A stretch of DNA of 64,000 bases from Patescibacteria group bacterium (GTDB lineage Bacteria > Patescibacteriota > WWE3 > UBA101185 > UBA10185). The position numbers and the translations under genes were made by a program. The notes below the pieces were generated by a model, which was not told the DNA's origin, ran no database searches, and saw nothing but the letters and a program-made list of their open reading frames with translations. Below, in pieces: positions 27,474 to 35,613 of the stretch. Every line of letters begins with the position of its first letter. Within the stretch, counting starts at the first letter, position 1. The stretch lies in contig JAUMAA010000001.1 in the NCBI GenBank assembly GCA_032117075.1, positions 13,597-77,596 of the forward strand, in the 5' to 3' direction.

Positions 27474-28382
27474 GTGTCTATGAGTCAAATAAGAGACTAC
27501 TACGAAATATTAGGTATACCTAAAAATGCCTCAGATGCTGATATTAAAAAAGCCTACAGAAACTTAGCAAGGGAGCATCACCCAGATATGGTGAAGGATT
27601 CAGACAAAGCTTCTGCTGAAAAAAAATTTAAAGAGATTAATGAAGCTTACCAGGTTTTATCCGATGCAGAGAAAAAAAAGCAATATGATCAGTTTGGCCA
27701 CAATGCTTTCAAGCAAGGTGGAGGAGCTGGGGCTTCTGGTTTTGGTGGATTTGGTCAAGGACCTTTTGGGTATTCATATAGCGGTGGAAATATTAATATA
27801 GATCCATTTGAGATATTTGAAGAGGTGTTTGGATTTGGTGGATTTGGAAGAGCGAGAAAAGGCAAAAATATTTACTATGAGATAAAAGTTTCATTTGAAG
27901 AAGCGGTAAAAGGCGGTGAAAGAAAAATAAAGGTAGAAACAGGAGAATATACCATCAAGATACCTAAAGGAATTGTTGAGGGTATGGAGATGAGATTTGC
28001 TGGTAAAGGAATGCCTGGTCCAAACAATCTTCCCAACGGCGATTTATTAGTATCTTTTAGAGTATCTTTCCCTGAGAAATTAGAAAGATTCAATGAAAAT
28101 GTACTACAAATATTAGAAGTTGACTTTATTACAGCTGTGCTGGGAGGTGAGATGGAAGTTAAAGTTATAGATGAAAAAGAGGAAAAAGGAATAACTAATA
28201 AAAAGGTAAAAATCCCTGAGGGTGTTGAGTCTGGAACCAGGTTACAATTAAGAGGTTATGGAATGCCAAAAATTAATTCAAACAGTAAAGGTGACATGTT
28301 TATAGATATTAAAGTTAAATTACCAAAAAAACTATCTAAAGCCCAAAGGAAGTACCTGGAAGAATATAGAAATCTTAAATAA
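27474..28382 (+). CDS. dnaJ: DnaJ-family co-chaperone lacking the Zn-finger domain (type II, CbpA-like)
   Basis: J-domain with HPD (DYYEILGI...[12 protein letters not shown]); Gly/Phe-rich linker; C-terminal substrate-binding domains. No CxxCxGxG repeats. Confidence 0.85.
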   Translation: MSMSQIRDYYEILGIPKNASDADIKKAYRNLAREHHPDMVKDSDKASAEKKFKEINEAYQVLSDAEKKKQYDQFGHNAFKQGGGAGASGFGGFGQGPFGYSYSGGNINIDPFEIFEEVFGFGGFGRARKGKNIYYEIKVSFEEAVKGGERKIKVETGEYTIKIPKGIVEGMEMRFAGKGMPGPNNLPNGDLLVSFRVSFPEKLERFNENVLQILEVDFITAVLGGEMEVKVIDEKEEKGITNKKVKIPEGVESGTRLQLRGYGMPKINSNSKGDMFIDIKVKLPKKLSKAQRKYLEEYRNLK

Positions 28383-28511
28383 GGTTGAAAAAATCAAATA
28401 TTGCTATATAATTCTAGTTGAATAGGTTTCTTTTCAGGAGTGGGTTAATCCCGCTTTTTTATTAAGTAAGTGTTTATTTTCAAATTACAAATTTGAAGAA
28501 AGTGTTTAAGA

Positions 28512-29666
28512 ATGGCTATTTCAGAATTCAGAGCGGCTATTAATCAAGTTGCTACCGAAAGAGGAATTTCTGCTCACGATGTACTTGACTCTGTAAGAGT
28601 TGCTTTAGCAAAGGCTTATGTCAAAGATTTTGGGGGAACTTCCGAAGATATTAAAGTTGAATTAGATGAGGAAACAGGAGAATCAAGAATTTTTGATTTG
28701 AATGATAAAGATATTACTCCATCAGGATTTGGAAGAATTGCTGCAAGTACAGCAAAACAAGTTATTATTCAAAAAATAAGAGAAACAGAAAAGGCAGCAA
28801 TCATTGAGGAAATGAAAGTTAAAATTAAAAAAATTGTACCTGGAACCATCTTCAAAGTTGAAAATGGTCTAGTTGTTGTAGATTTAGGTAAAACTCAAGG
28901 AATAATGCCAAGAGGTGAGCAGGTTTCAGCAGAATCCTACACACCAGGTCAAAGATTAAAAGTGTATGTAAAAGAAATAAGAGACGGTTCAAGAGGAACT
29001 GAAGTTATAGTTTCAAGATCTGATGCTGAATTTGTTGCTCAATTGTTTGAAGAAGAAGTTCCTGAAATAGGAAATGGAACTGTTGAAATTGTTGGAATTG
29101 CCAGAGAAGCTGGTTCTAGAACCAAAATGGCCGTTTATTCTAATGACGACAAAATCGATCCAGTTGGAAGCTGTGTTGGTCAAAAAGGTGTAAGAGTTCA
29201 AGCAATCATCCAAGAATTATTTGGTGAAAAGATTGATATTATCCCTTTTGCTACTTCCGTAGAAAAGTTTATTGCAGCTTCACTTTCTCCAGCTAGAGTA
29301 ACCGAAGTTGAGATTAATGAGGCGGAGAAAACAGCAGTTGTATCTGTTCCAGAGGATCAATTAAGTTTAGCAATTGGTAAAGAAGGTCAAAATGTAAGAC
29401 TTGCTTTCAAATTAACAAAATGGAAAATCGATATTAAAGGAGTTAAGGGAGTATTTGATAACTTTTCTGGTGAAGAAAGACCGGCTAGAGAAAGTGCTCA
29501 ATCAATTAAAGGAATTTGGGACGAGGAAATCGCTACTTTGAAAGAAAATAAAGAAGCGGAAGCTAAAGCAAAACAAGAAGAAACTGAGAAAATGAAAGCA
29601 ACGGCTGAGGAAGTACAAGAATCAACAGAAGAGGTAATTTCTGATGAAACTAATGTTCAAGAGTAA
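28512..29666 (+). CDS. nusA: transcription termination/antitermination factor NusA
   Basis: N-terminal domain, S1 and two KH domains (GVRVQAIIQELFGEKIDII...LAIGKEGQNVRLA); upstream of infB. Confidence 0.9.
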   Translation: MAISEFRAAINQVATERGISAHDVLDSVRVALAKAYVKDFGGTSEDIKVELDEETGESRIFDLNDKDITPSGFGRIAASTAKQVIIQKIRETEKAAIIEEMKVKIKKIVPGTIFKVENGLVVVDLGKTQGIMPRGEQVSAESYTPGQRLKVYVKEIRDGSRGTEVIVSRSDAEFVAQLFEEEVPEIGNGTVEIVGIAREAGSRTKMAVYSNDDKIDPVGSCVGQKGVRVQAIIQELFGEKIDIIPFATSVEKFIAASLSPARVTEVEINEAEKTAVVSVPEDQLSLAIGKEGQNVRLAFKLTKWKIDIKGVKGVFDNFSGEERPARESAQSIKGIWDEEIATLKENKEAEAKAKQEETEKMKATAEEVQESTEEVISDETNVQE

Positions 29667-29690
29667 TTAAATTACGGGAAAGAAAATTAA

Positions 29691-31160
29691 ATGAGTGATG
29701 TATTTTATAGACCTCCAATAGTAACTGTCATGGGTCATGTTGACCATGGTAAGACATCTATTTTAGATGCTATCAGAAAAACAAATGTGACAGCAAAAGA
29801 ATTTGGAGGTATCACTCAACACATCGGTGCTTACCAAATAGAATTTAATTCCAAAAAAATCACATTTATAGACACACCAGGTCACGCAGCATTCTCCCAA
29901 ATGAGGTCTAGGGGAGGTAAAGTTGCTGATATTGTTATTTTAGTTGTTGCAGCTGATGCAGGAGTTCAAGCTCAAACTAAAGAAGCAATTGCCCATGCAA
30001 AAGATTCTGGAGGAACAATTATAGTTGCTATCAATAAGATAGACTTACCTGCTGCTGATGCTCAGAAAGCAAAACAACAGTTAGCACAGGAAGATATTTT
30101 AGTAGAAGATTGGGGTGGTTCTATTGTTGCAGTAGAAGTTTCCGCTAAAACTGGAAAAGGTTTAGATAAGTTATTAGAAATGATCCAATTAATAGCTGAT
30201 ATGCAGGAAATTAAAGCTAGACCAGAAGGAGCTTTAGAAGCAATTATTATTGAAGCTAAAATGGACAAGAAAAAAGGAGCACTAGTAAATGTAATTGTTA
30301 AAGATGGAACAATTAAAATTGGTGATGAAGTTTATGCATCTGGAAAAATTGCAAAAATTAGGTCCCTCATGAACGATAGAGGTCAAATGCTAAAAGAAGC
30401 TTTTCCAGGAGATCCAGTAGAGATTTTAGGTTTTAAAGAAATTCCTAGTGTTGGAGATACCATTGTTCAAAGAGGTAGTGGTTTAGAAGAATTTTCTGAA
30501 AGTACAGACAAAGTAGAGATTGTTGGAAAAGATACTAAGAAAACAATTAATTTAATTCTAAAAGCCGATACATCTGGAACCTTGGAGGCTGTTAAAGCAT
30601 CTCTTTCCAGCTTGGTTACTGCAAATGTAAATGCAGATTATTCTATTAAGTTCTTATTAACATCCACAGGTGAAATCTCTGATTCAGATGTTTTATTAGC
30701 TCAAAGTACACATGGTTTGATTGTTGGATTCAATCTAAAAGTTGCTCCAAGTATTGAGGACCTAGCAGAATCCAAAAATGTTTTTATCAAAGTTTACAAA
30801 ACAATTTATGAATTAATTGATGATGTTAAAGACATTTTAGAGGGTAAAGCAGTTTCTGATGAGGAGAAGATTAAAGGAAGGGCAGTCATTCAAAAATTAT
30901 TTAAATTACCTTCAGGTGATATGGTTTTAGGATGTAAAATTTTAGCTGGATCTATTAAGGATACTTCTAGAATTTCTATTTTTGCCCAAAATCCAGCTGA
31001 ATTAACCAAAGATGACATTCCTTTGTATACAGGAAATGTGAAAACTCTAAAAAGAGGCAGGGATGATATAAAAGTAGCAGGTAAAGACACTGAATGCGGT
31101 GTTCTTCTTAAACCTGAGTATTTAGAAGCAAAAGAAGGGTTTTATATTGAAGTTAGGTAA
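29691..31160 (+). CDS. infB: translation initiation factor IF-2 (minimal form that starts at the G domain)
   Basis: PPIVTVMGHVDHGKTSILD, DTPGHAAF and NKIDL G-motifs come immediately after the start codon; domains II-IV follow. 489 aa. Confidence 0.9.
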   Translation: MSDVFYRPPIVTVMGHVDHGKTSILDAIRKTNVTAKEFGGITQHIGAYQIEFNSKKITFIDTPGHAAFSQMRSRGGKVADIVILVVAADAGVQAQTKEAIAHAKDSGGTIIVAINKIDLPAADAQKAKQQLAQEDILVEDWGGSIVAVEVSAKTGKGLDKLLEMIQLIADMQEIKARPEGALEAIIIEAKMDKKKGALVNVIVKDGTIKIGDEVYASGKIAKIRSLMNDRGQMLKEAFPGDPVEILGFKEIPSVGDTIVQRGSGLEEFSESTDKVEIVGKDTKKTINLILKADTSGTLEAVKASLSSLVTANVNADYSIKFLLTSTGEISDSDVLLAQSTHGLIVGFNLKVAPSIEDLAESKNVFIKVYKTIYELIDDVKDILEGKAVSDEEKIKGRAVIQKLFKLPSGDMVLGCKILAGSIKDTSRISIFAQNPAELTKDDIPLYTGNVKTLKRGRDDIKVAGKDTECGVLLKPEYLEAKEGFYIEVR

Positions 31161-31194
31161 TTGAAAAATAAACCTAATTTGTTAAAATAGCATC

Positions 31195-31464
31195 ATGGCA
31201 TTAAACAAAGATACAAAAACAACTATTATTACTTCTCATAAGATTCATGATAAAGATACTGGGTCTCCTGAGGTTCAAATTGCATTATTATCAGAAAAGA
31301 TTAGTAAATTATCGGATCATTTGAAAGTTCACAAAAAAGATGTCCACTCAACAAGGGGTCTACTTCAATTAGTAAATAAAAGAAGAAGATTATTGGCATC
31401 ATTACTTAAAAAAGATACTGCTAGACACATTTCTCTAATTTCTAAATTAGGTCTAAAAAAATAG
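31195..31464 (+). CDS. rpsO: 30S ribosomal protein S15
   Basis: 89 aa; [28 protein letters not shown] is the S15 signature. Confidence 0.95.
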   Translation: MALNKDTKTTIITSHKIHDKDTGSPEVQIALLSEKISKLSDHLKVHKKDVHSTRGLLQLVNKRRRLLASLLKKDTARHISLISKLGLKK

Positions 31465-31495
31465 ACCTAAAGTATTTAGTTTTGGTCAACTAGGA

Positions 31496-31531
31496 ATTGA
31501 GAACTTTGTTCTCAATTTTTTTATTGAGAAC
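31496..31531 (+). promoter_or_regulatory. rpsO-pnp intergenic switch: three 9-nt segments (A, B, A') forming mutually exclusive hairpins
   Basis: A (attgagaac, 31496-31504), ttt, B (gttctcaat, 31508-31516), tttttt, A' (attgagaac, 31523-31531). A:B forms a terminator-like hairpin followed by U6; B:A' forms an alternative hairpin with the U6 as its loop. Confidence 0.5.
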
Positions 31532-31545
31532 AAAACTAAATAAAT

Positions 31546-33642
31546 ATGAAAAAAATAATAAAAAAAGAAATAAATTTCCTCGGTAAAAATTTAATAATTG
31601 AATCAGGCGAGTTAGCTTTAATGGCAGATAACGCTGTTAAGTTGACCTACGGTGAAACTACAGTTTTAGCTACAGTGGTCATGGGGCCTTCAGACCCATC
31701 AATTGATTTTTTTGATTTAAGAGTTCATTATGACCCAAAACTTTATGCTGCGGGAATGATTAAATCATCTAAGTATATTAAAAGAGACGGCAAACCAAAC
31801 GATGAAGCAGTGATTACTAGAAGATTGATTGACCATGCAATCAGACCTTTGTTTCCAAGAGATTTTAATAATGCAGTGCAAGTTATTGCTACAGTTTTAT
31901 CATTGGATAGAGATGCCGACCCTGAGTTTGCCTCATTACTAGCTGTATCCGCAGCACTTCATTCTTCTCAAATTCCTTTTTATGGCCCAATGACAAGTGT
32001 AAAAGTTGGATTAAAAGAGGGACAAACCGTAATTAACCCAACTAAAGATGAATCCCATGCTCTTGATTTAAATATGATTATTTCTTTTTCAGGAAAGGAA
32101 AGGGATTTTTTAGCTGTGGAGGCAGAAGCGAATATTGTTCCTGAAGATAAATTAATTGAGGTTATTAATAATGCTAACTCTGCCTGTATACCTCTTGTTG
32201 AATTTCTTGAGGATTTTGCAAATGAGTTAAACCCTGGAATAAAAAAAATAGATTATATACCAAGTAAAATTTCAGATGATGTTATAGATGAAATTAGTAA
32301 AGAATTTTTTGATGACTTAAATTCTGCATTTAATAAAGGTTTAGATAAGATTGCTTTAAATATAGAAGTTAAAAAAATCAAAGAATTAGCAAACAAGCAA
32401 TTTTCCGAAAAATATGATAACGGAATTATTTCTCAGGTTTTTGAACATTTGGAGAAAAAAATATTGCAGAAAATGATTTTAGAAGATAATAAAAGACCGG
32501 ATGGAAGAGGTCAGTTTGATATAAGAGAATTAAGTTCAAAGGTATCTTATCTACCAAAAGTTCATGGATCTGGTCTATTTACTAGGGGTATTACTCAAGC
32601 TCTATCAATTGCAACCTTAGGCACATTGGAAGATGCAATGGTTATTCAAGACTTCTACGGTGAGGAAACTAAATACTATATGCATCATTATAGTTTCCCT
32701 CCGTACTCCTCTGGAGAAATTGGTAAAACAGGAGGAGCTGGGGGAAGAGAAATTGGCCATGGAATGCTTGCAGAGAGAGGGTTAAAAGCAGTCATCCCTT
32801 CTATCTCAGATTTCCCGTATACAATTATGGTTAACACTGAGGTCACCTCTTCATCAGGGTCTACATCTATGGCAGCTGCTTGCGGATCTTGTTTAGCATT
32901 AATGGATGCTGGGGTACCTTTAAAAGATATGGTTGCAGGAATAGGTGTAGGTTTAGTTGTTAACGATGATTTTTCAAAATACAAAATAATTACAGATATT
33001 GCTTATCTTGAAGATGCCGGTGGTTTCATGGATTTTAAAATGATAGGTACTAAAGAGGGTGTGACTGCAATTCAATGCGATATCAAATTAAAAGGTATTC
33101 CTATGAAGTTAATACCAGACATTATTAAACAATCTAGAGAAGCAAGACTACAGGTCTTAGATCATATGATAAAGACGATATCTGAACCACGAAAAGATTT
33201 ATCGGTCAATGTTCCAAAGTTTGATATGATTAAAATTTCACCTGAAAAAATAGGGGTAGTAATTGGAAGTGGCGGTAAAACAATTAAGGATATTCAAACT
33301 AAAACTGATACTGTTTTAAGTATTGAAGATTCAGGTAGGATTGTTATTTCTGGTTATTCAAATGAAGGTATATCAATGGCTAAAGGAATGGTTGATGGGT
33401 TAACAAGAGAAATTAAAGCTGGTGAGGTTTACAATGGAAAAGTTGTAAAGGTAGTTGAATTTGGAGCTTTTGTGGAAATTCTTCCAGGTAAGGAAGGACT
33501 TCTTCATGTGAGTGAGATTTCAAATGAATTTGTAAAAGATGTAAAAACAGTTGTTAAAGAAGGTGATGAGTTTGAGGTTATGGTTAAGGGAGTAGAAAAC
33601 GGTAAGATTTCTTTATCTAAAAAGGCATTAATCAAAAATTAA
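31546..33642 (+). CDS. pnp: polyribonucleotide nucleotidyltransferase (PNPase)
   Basis: Two RNase PH domains; KH (IGVVIGSGGKTIKDI) and S1 (GEVYNGKVVKVVEFGAFVEI) C-terminal domains. Confidence 0.95.
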   Translation: MKKIIKKEINFLGKNLIIESGELALMADNAVKLTYGETTVLATVVMGPSDPSIDFFDLRVHYDPKLYAAGMIKSSKYIKRDGKPNDEAVITRRLIDHAIRPLFPRDFNNAVQVIATVLSLDRDADPEFASLLAVSAALHSSQIPFYGPMTSVKVGLKEGQTVINPTKDESHALDLNMIISFSGKERDFLAVEAEANIVPEDKLIEVINNANSACIPLVEFLEDFANELNPGIKKIDYIPSKISDDVIDEISKEFFDDLNSAFNKGLDKIALNIEVKKIKELANKQFSEKYDNGIISQVFEHLEKKILQKMILEDNKRPDGRGQFDIRELSSKVSYLPKVHGSGLFTRGITQALSIATLGTLEDAMVIQDFYGEETKYYMHHYSFPPYSSGEIGKTGGAGGREIGHGMLAERGLKAVIPSISDFPYTIMVNTEVTSSSGSTSMAAACGSCLALMDAGVPLKDMVAGIGVGLVVNDDFSKYKIITDIAYLEDAGGFMDFKMIGTKEGVTAIQCDIKLKGIPMKLIPDIIKQSREARLQVLDHMIKTISEPRKDLSVNVPKFDMIKISPEKIGVVIGSGGKTIKDIQTKTDTVLSIEDSGRIVISGYSNEGISMAKGMVDGLTREIKAGEVYNGKVVKVVEFGAFVEILPGKEGLLHVSEISNEFVKDVKTVVKEGDEFEVMVKGVENGKISLSKKALIKN

Positions 33643-33679
33643 TGATAAATTAATTCAAAATTAATGGTAAATTTTAGAT

Positions 33680-33958
33680 ATGAGAATTTGTCCTGTTTGT
33701 AATTATAAACTTAATGAGTATAGCTACTTCTTTTGTGAGAATTGTAGAAATGCTTTGCCTCAGGGACTTTTCAAATTACCTAAACCAATTTTATTAAATT
33801 TAAGACTAAAATACGAAATAAGCCCAACATATAAGTTTTTATTTTTTAAAATTCCATACGAAAATAGATTTTCAGCTCAGTTAATTACAGCAATTCTTTT
33901 GATTTTCATTTCTTTTTTATTAGCTTTTTATTTGTTTAATCAAAGGTTATGGCTGTAG
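33680..33958 (+). CDS. zinc-ribbon protein with a C-terminal TM anchor
   Basis: CPVCNYKLNEYSYFFCENCRN (CxxC...CxxC), then a hydrophobic tail LITAILLIFISFLLAFYLF. Overlaps the start of the Lon-like gene by 10 nt. Confidence 0.35.
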   Translation: MRICPVCNYKLNEYSYFFCENCRNALPQGLFKLPKPILLNLRLKYEISPTYKFLFFKIPYENRFSAQLITAILLIFISFLLAFYLFNQRLWL

Positions 33959-35037
33959 ATATTGATAATAAAAATTCTCAAATAGATTTCGTTTTTGAAG
34001 AGTTAAATGGAATCAAAAATAAAATTGATTTGTGCTCAGATTTACCTGAAGATTTAAGAGATAAGGCTTTAAAAATTTTAGATAGAGTAAATAGAATTGC
34101 TAAGCTTGGAAATTACAGTTCAGAATTTGAAAATTTATCTAAATATGTAGATGTTATAACCCAAATTCCTTGGAATAAATATTCTGAAGACAGCCTTGAT
34201 ATTAAATTTGCAGAAGAAATTCTAGAAAAAAATCACTACGGAATTAGGGATGTTAAAGAAAGAATAATCGAGTATCTTTCTACAATGATTCTTTTAAAAC
34301 AAAGAGGTGCTACTGACCAAGGAAAATCCCCCGTTATCTTGTTCGTAGGTTTACAGGGAATCGGTAAAACAACTATCTCTACCTCAATTGCAGAGGCCCT
34401 ACAAAGAACTTTTATAAGAATTCCGATGGGAGGTTTGGGATCTGTACAGGAATTAAGGGGAGTGAGTAGAACTGTTGCAGATGCTGAGCCAGGTCAGATT
34501 ATTAAATCTTTAATTAAAGCTGGGGTTAGAAATCCTGTTATCTTACTTGATGAGATAGATAAAACTTCCGGAAGCGAGAGTTTGAGGTTTGATTTCATGG
34601 CAGTATTACTAGAAATTCTTGACCCAAATCAAAATCATAACTTTAGAGACCAGTATTTGGATTATCCTTTTGATCTTTCTGATGTAGTTTTTATATGTTC
34701 GGCTAATTACACAAACACAATTGCGGCAGCGCTGATAGATAGAATGGAGGTCATTAAAATGCCTTCCTATACTGACATTGAAAAAGTTGAGATTGGAAAA
34801 AAATATCTTTTCCCTAAGATTTTAAAAAACATGGGATTAAAACCAGAAGAGTTAACAATTGATGAAAATTTATGGATTAATGTTGTTAGACCATTTGGTT
34901 TTGACGCAGGAATAAGAAGTTTACAAAGAACACTCGAGGGTATTGCAAGAAAAGTAGCAAGGGAAATTGTAGAAGGAAAAACTACTTCCGTTAAACTTTC
35001 AGAGCAAAATTTAAAGCAGTATTTGCCAAAGTATTAG
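33949..35037 (+). CDS. Lon-family AAA+ ATPase module without LAN N-domain and without S16 protease domain
   Basis: Collinear with the E. coli Lon ATPase module (remembered alignment): ITQIPWNKYSEDSLDIKFAEEILEKNHYGIRDVKERIIEYL (compare VPWN...[23 protein letters not shown]); Walker A GLQGIGKTT; LGSVQELRGVSRTVADAEPGQIIKSL; Walker B ILLDEIDK; sensor-2 region. The ORF stops where the Lon protease domain would begin. Confidence 0.7.
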   Translation: MAVDIDNKNSQIDFVFEELNGIKNKIDLCSDLPEDLRDKALKILDRVNRIAKLGNYSSEFENLSKYVDVITQIPWNKYSEDSLDIKFAEEILEKNHYGIRDVKERIIEYLSTMILLKQRGATDQGKSPVILFVGLQGIGKTTISTSIAEALQRTFIRIPMGGLGSVQELRGVSRTVADAEPGQIIKSLIKAGVRNPVILLDEIDKTSGSESLRFDFMAVLLEILDPNQNHNFRDQYLDYPFDLSDVVFICSANYTNTIAAALIDRMEVIKMPSYTDIEKVEIGKKYLFPKILKNMGLKPEELTIDENLWINVVRPFGFDAGIRSLQRTLEGIARKVAREIVEGKTTSVKLSEQNLKQYLPKY

Positions 35038-35048
35038 GATTTTTATAA

Positions 35049-35612
35049 ATGCTTTCCAAACAAGAAAATTACAATAATCTCTCAATTGAAATACGACAAT
35101 GTAGAAATTGTTCTTTATGTGAAACAGCAATTCAAGCAGTCGTAGGTGAAGGTAGTCTTGAAACTAAAGTAATTTTTATTGGAGAAGCTCCTGGAAGGAA
35201 TGAAGATGAGCAAGGAAGGCCTTTTGTAGGAAGAGCTGGAAAGCTTTTAGAAGGATGTTTAAATTCAATCGGACTTGAAAGGGGCGATGTTTGGATAGGT
35301 AATCTAATCAAACATCGCCCTCCTAAAAACAGAGACCCTAATCTCGATGAAATAAAAGCTTGTCAGGGGTTTTTAACTAGGCAAATAGAGATTATAAAGC
35401 CCGAGATAATAGTAACTTTGGGTCGGTTCTCCTTTAATTATTTCTTTCCGGATGATAAAATAGGTTCGGAAAGAGGAAAGTTGAAAAGATTAGGGAATTA
35501 TCTTATTTTTCCAGTTTATCATCCGGCAGCTGCCTTAAGAAATAAAAAATTTTTAAGCACCCTCCAAGATGACTTTTTGCAACTTTCTAAACATCTACAA
35601 GAATTAAAGTAA
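35049..35612 (+). CDS. uracil-DNA glycosylase, family 4 (Fe-S type)
   Basis: CRNCSLCE...IFIGEAPGRNEDEQGRPFVGRAGKLL (the family-4 GEAPG motif). Confidence 0.8.
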   Translation: MLSKQENYNNLSIEIRQCRNCSLCETAIQAVVGEGSLETKVIFIGEAPGRNEDEQGRPFVGRAGKLLEGCLNSIGLERGDVWIGNLIKHRPPKNRDPNLDEIKACQGFLTRQIEIIKPEIIVTLGRFSFNYFFPDDKIGSERGKLKRLGNYLIFPVYHPAAALRNKKFLSTLQDDFLQLSKHLQELK

Positions 35613-35613
35613 T

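Noticed and set aside
28383-28511. Possible leader or riboswitch upstream of nusA
   Set aside because: Only a modest hairpin (AGUGGG-uuaau-CCCGCU + U5) was found. It is best explained as the dnaJ terminator. No conserved riboswitch-like structure is evident.
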